Source: Octopus sinensis (lineage: Eukaryota). Taken from it: 64,000 nucleotides of DNA. Below, piece by piece: positions 61,600-64,000 of the stretch. Every line of letters begins with the position of its first letter. The stretch's first letter is position 1. The notes below the pieces were generated by a model. That model had not been told where the DNA came from, made no database searches, and saw only the letters and a program-made list of their open reading frames with translations. The translations under genes were made by a program, and so were the position numbers. The stretch lies in assembly GCF_006345805.1 (NCBI RefSeq), contig NC_043002.1:118668001-118732000 (forward strand). Direction: 5' to 3'.

Positions 61600-63628
61600 T
61601 AAGTTGTCTAAAAAATAAGATAGAGTGGTCATGATTGGAATGCTTTAAACATAGGTTTACTTGATCGGATCAGACAAAAATTAATTTATGATGACAGGAA
61701 CAGCAAGCAACTGATGAAAATCATAAGGTTTTAATGGATAGCATAATGCCTAATCCTTTACTATATTTATCTATGCTAAACCATTTTCACTTAATATGAA
61801 CATGCATGATATATAGCAGGATTACTCTTTGGAAACTGTCAACAATGAGAAAGGCCACTTTCAAACCAAATCTTTACAAAATCTCATAATTAAGTACTAT
61901 AAGAATTTGAATACAAGGCAAAATTGATAATTTGTTTGAAGGACAATTTGAGTCATATATGGTAACTTTGAGATGATTATAGCAAGAGTAGGTTATTAAC
62001 TCTTATGTTACTGTTTACAATAGATTGTGACTGATCTTATTCTCACAATAAATGTAAAAATAGGATTCTTCCAGAAAGTTGGGGAATATACTGATCAAAA
62101 TATGAGACAGAAAAACAAGAGAGAAGACTAATAATCTTGAAATTAAGTTGTTTTTATCATAAACCAGTAACAAAATACATAAATCATCATTTAATGTGTT
62201 TTCCAAAGTCTTTCTTGGACCTTGAAGCAAAGTATATAATTTGATTTCACTTTCAAAAGTAGTTACCACCACATTCCTCTTTAGAAGTTGACTGACTGTA
62301 TTAACATCTGTTAGAAAACTACAGACATCTGGCCTCATAAAATCATTCAACCTTTCTTTGTATGTAAAAATAAGTTGCAGCAAATAAAAAAAAAGAATTA
62401 CTGAACTTGACTACTGAAAATATGTTGATATAACTAGTAAATATGTTTGTTGTCTAGCCAATCTTTTGGAGACATCTTGGGCTGTATTATCTAATAAGTT
62501 GTTCTTTTTTAAAAATTCTTTGGGTAATATTTGAGAAGGGTTCTATTTCTTTTGTAGGCTGAGCAATAATGTATGTTGTTTAACTCCAAGTAAGAATGTC
62601 TAAAGTACAAGAAAATGAGAACCCACAGATAGCAGTAGAAGTCATTTAATATTTTGATATTTTAGATTTTCTCAAATAACATAAAGGAAGTCCATTTTTA
62701 TAGAGGTATAATAGATAATTCAATGGATCTAAGCTTCTTGCTGATATTTTATTGAGCACAGACTCAACAGGAACAAAGCTTAATACAAGAAAACATTTTG
62801 GTTAAGTGTTTTACTGTCAGTGGCTTTCTTAGGAGGGTAAGAAGCTGAGTTCTTGTACCACAGAAACCTATCCCAAATGTAAAAATCAAGGGATACGCAG
62901 AGTACAGTGTTGTTTTTCTTGCATCTAGCAAAATAGCTAGGATATTGATTTGATCTCATTGCCCTTAACAAAATAAAAATATGTTTTTAAAACTAAGTTA
63001 CATTAACGTCAACTTAGCACACTTATTAAACAGGAATTTAGCTTTGCTATTATACACACAACACTGACAGAGCTGGTTGGTATTAGGCAGATATTTCACA
63101 GATATTATCTAAAATATTTCTATCCTAGTAGTATAAAATGTAAATTGCAATGTTTAGCGTTTAGAAAGTTAATTAGCTGACAAGCTCAAATTGTTGATAA
63201 TCAAACTAAATGTAGGGACTAAATTATCTTTATCGCAAAATTTTGTGAAAGCTGCCAGTTAATGGTGTGTTTTTTCTATCAAGTGTTTATACAACAGCCA
63301 CTTTTAAATTGATAACCTTTCCCCAATGCTGTGTAGTCTCTGGAGTGAAATCACTAGAAATTAACAAACTCGCTGACTCGTATACTTACTTCATCGACAG
63401 GATTTATAGTGAGAGTGTAGTAGTATTTTGTAGTTTGCAATTATATACTTTACAGCTATAGTTTACAGACCCTTTCTAATTTCCAGCTCGATCTTGCATT
63501 TAGTTTTCAACAAGACTGAAGTAAATAATATTTAATATTAATACAAAACAAAAAGACAGACAGAATAGTGCCTCTAATGAAGTTCAAATACTCTTACATT
63601 CTAAATCCTTCAAAATCTTTTTAATAAG

Positions 63629-64000
63629 TACTAGCAGTATCGCCCGGCGTTGCTCGGGCTTGTAAGGGAAATAACTATATAAGCATTTTTAGAGAGTTAT
63701 AGCCAAAAAATAGCAAAAAATGCATTAAAAATGGGGAAAAAATGGTAAATTTTTTTAAATCGTTGACTCATCGTAAACATTTTTTAGAGAGTTACTTCCC
63801 TTATATAATAGCGAAAAAATGCATTAAAATGGAAAAAATGATGGTAAATTTTTTTTTAAATCGTAGACTCATTGTAGACGCGCGCTAATACCCAGAAGGG
63901 CTCGATATGAATCACGACTATAAGATACCTGGTTTTGGTTAAACTGCACCGCAAAATGTGGGAGTAGTTAGGAATCTAAATCGTAGGAGACAGACACACA
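63629..64000 (+). mobile_element. Family E, cut by the window end
   Basis: TACTAGCAGTATCGCCCGGCG start, colinear with the 26.1-kb copy. Confidence 0.65.

Noticed and set aside
62015-62383. 122-aa minus-strand ORF
   Set aside because: Non-ATG start, no motif I recognise, not laminin-like. A blastp would be needed to exclude it fully.

Overview
AT-rich, repeat-dense metazoan genomic DNA. The repeat repertoire and microsatellite style suggest a coleoid cephalopod, probably Octopus (inference). The only host coding sequence I can support is two minus-strand exons of a laminin beta chain gene (LAMB1/LanB1-like): 30244-29688 (557 nt) and 17061-16944 (118 nt). They splice in frame across a 12.6-kb intron and encode most of the N-terminal LN domain. 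I did not find the signal-peptide exon or the next downstream exon, so the rest of the window is probably intronic. The introns contain: four tRNA-headed SINE families (my working names A, B, D, G); a (GAT)n-tailed element with a hairpin-bearing minisatellite head (C); a Helitron/Helentron-like non-autonomous family (E); piggyBac-type TTAA MITEs (F); a hAT MITE; decayed hAT and mariner transposases; CR1 and RTE LINE 3' fragments; many microsatellites; and a 100-N gap. Best leads: a CR1 LINE/SINE-A shared 3' tail with covarying stem bases, the architecture of family C, several long hairpins outside the repeat families (34790-34986, 58760-58816, 54052-54168), a local foldback/inverted duplication at 20.5-24.5 kb, and the 675-nt phase-1/phase-1 two-exon cassette bracketed by inverted repeats. 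I see no clear evidence of a wholly new protein-coding system. Most short ORFs in the track are translations of repeats.
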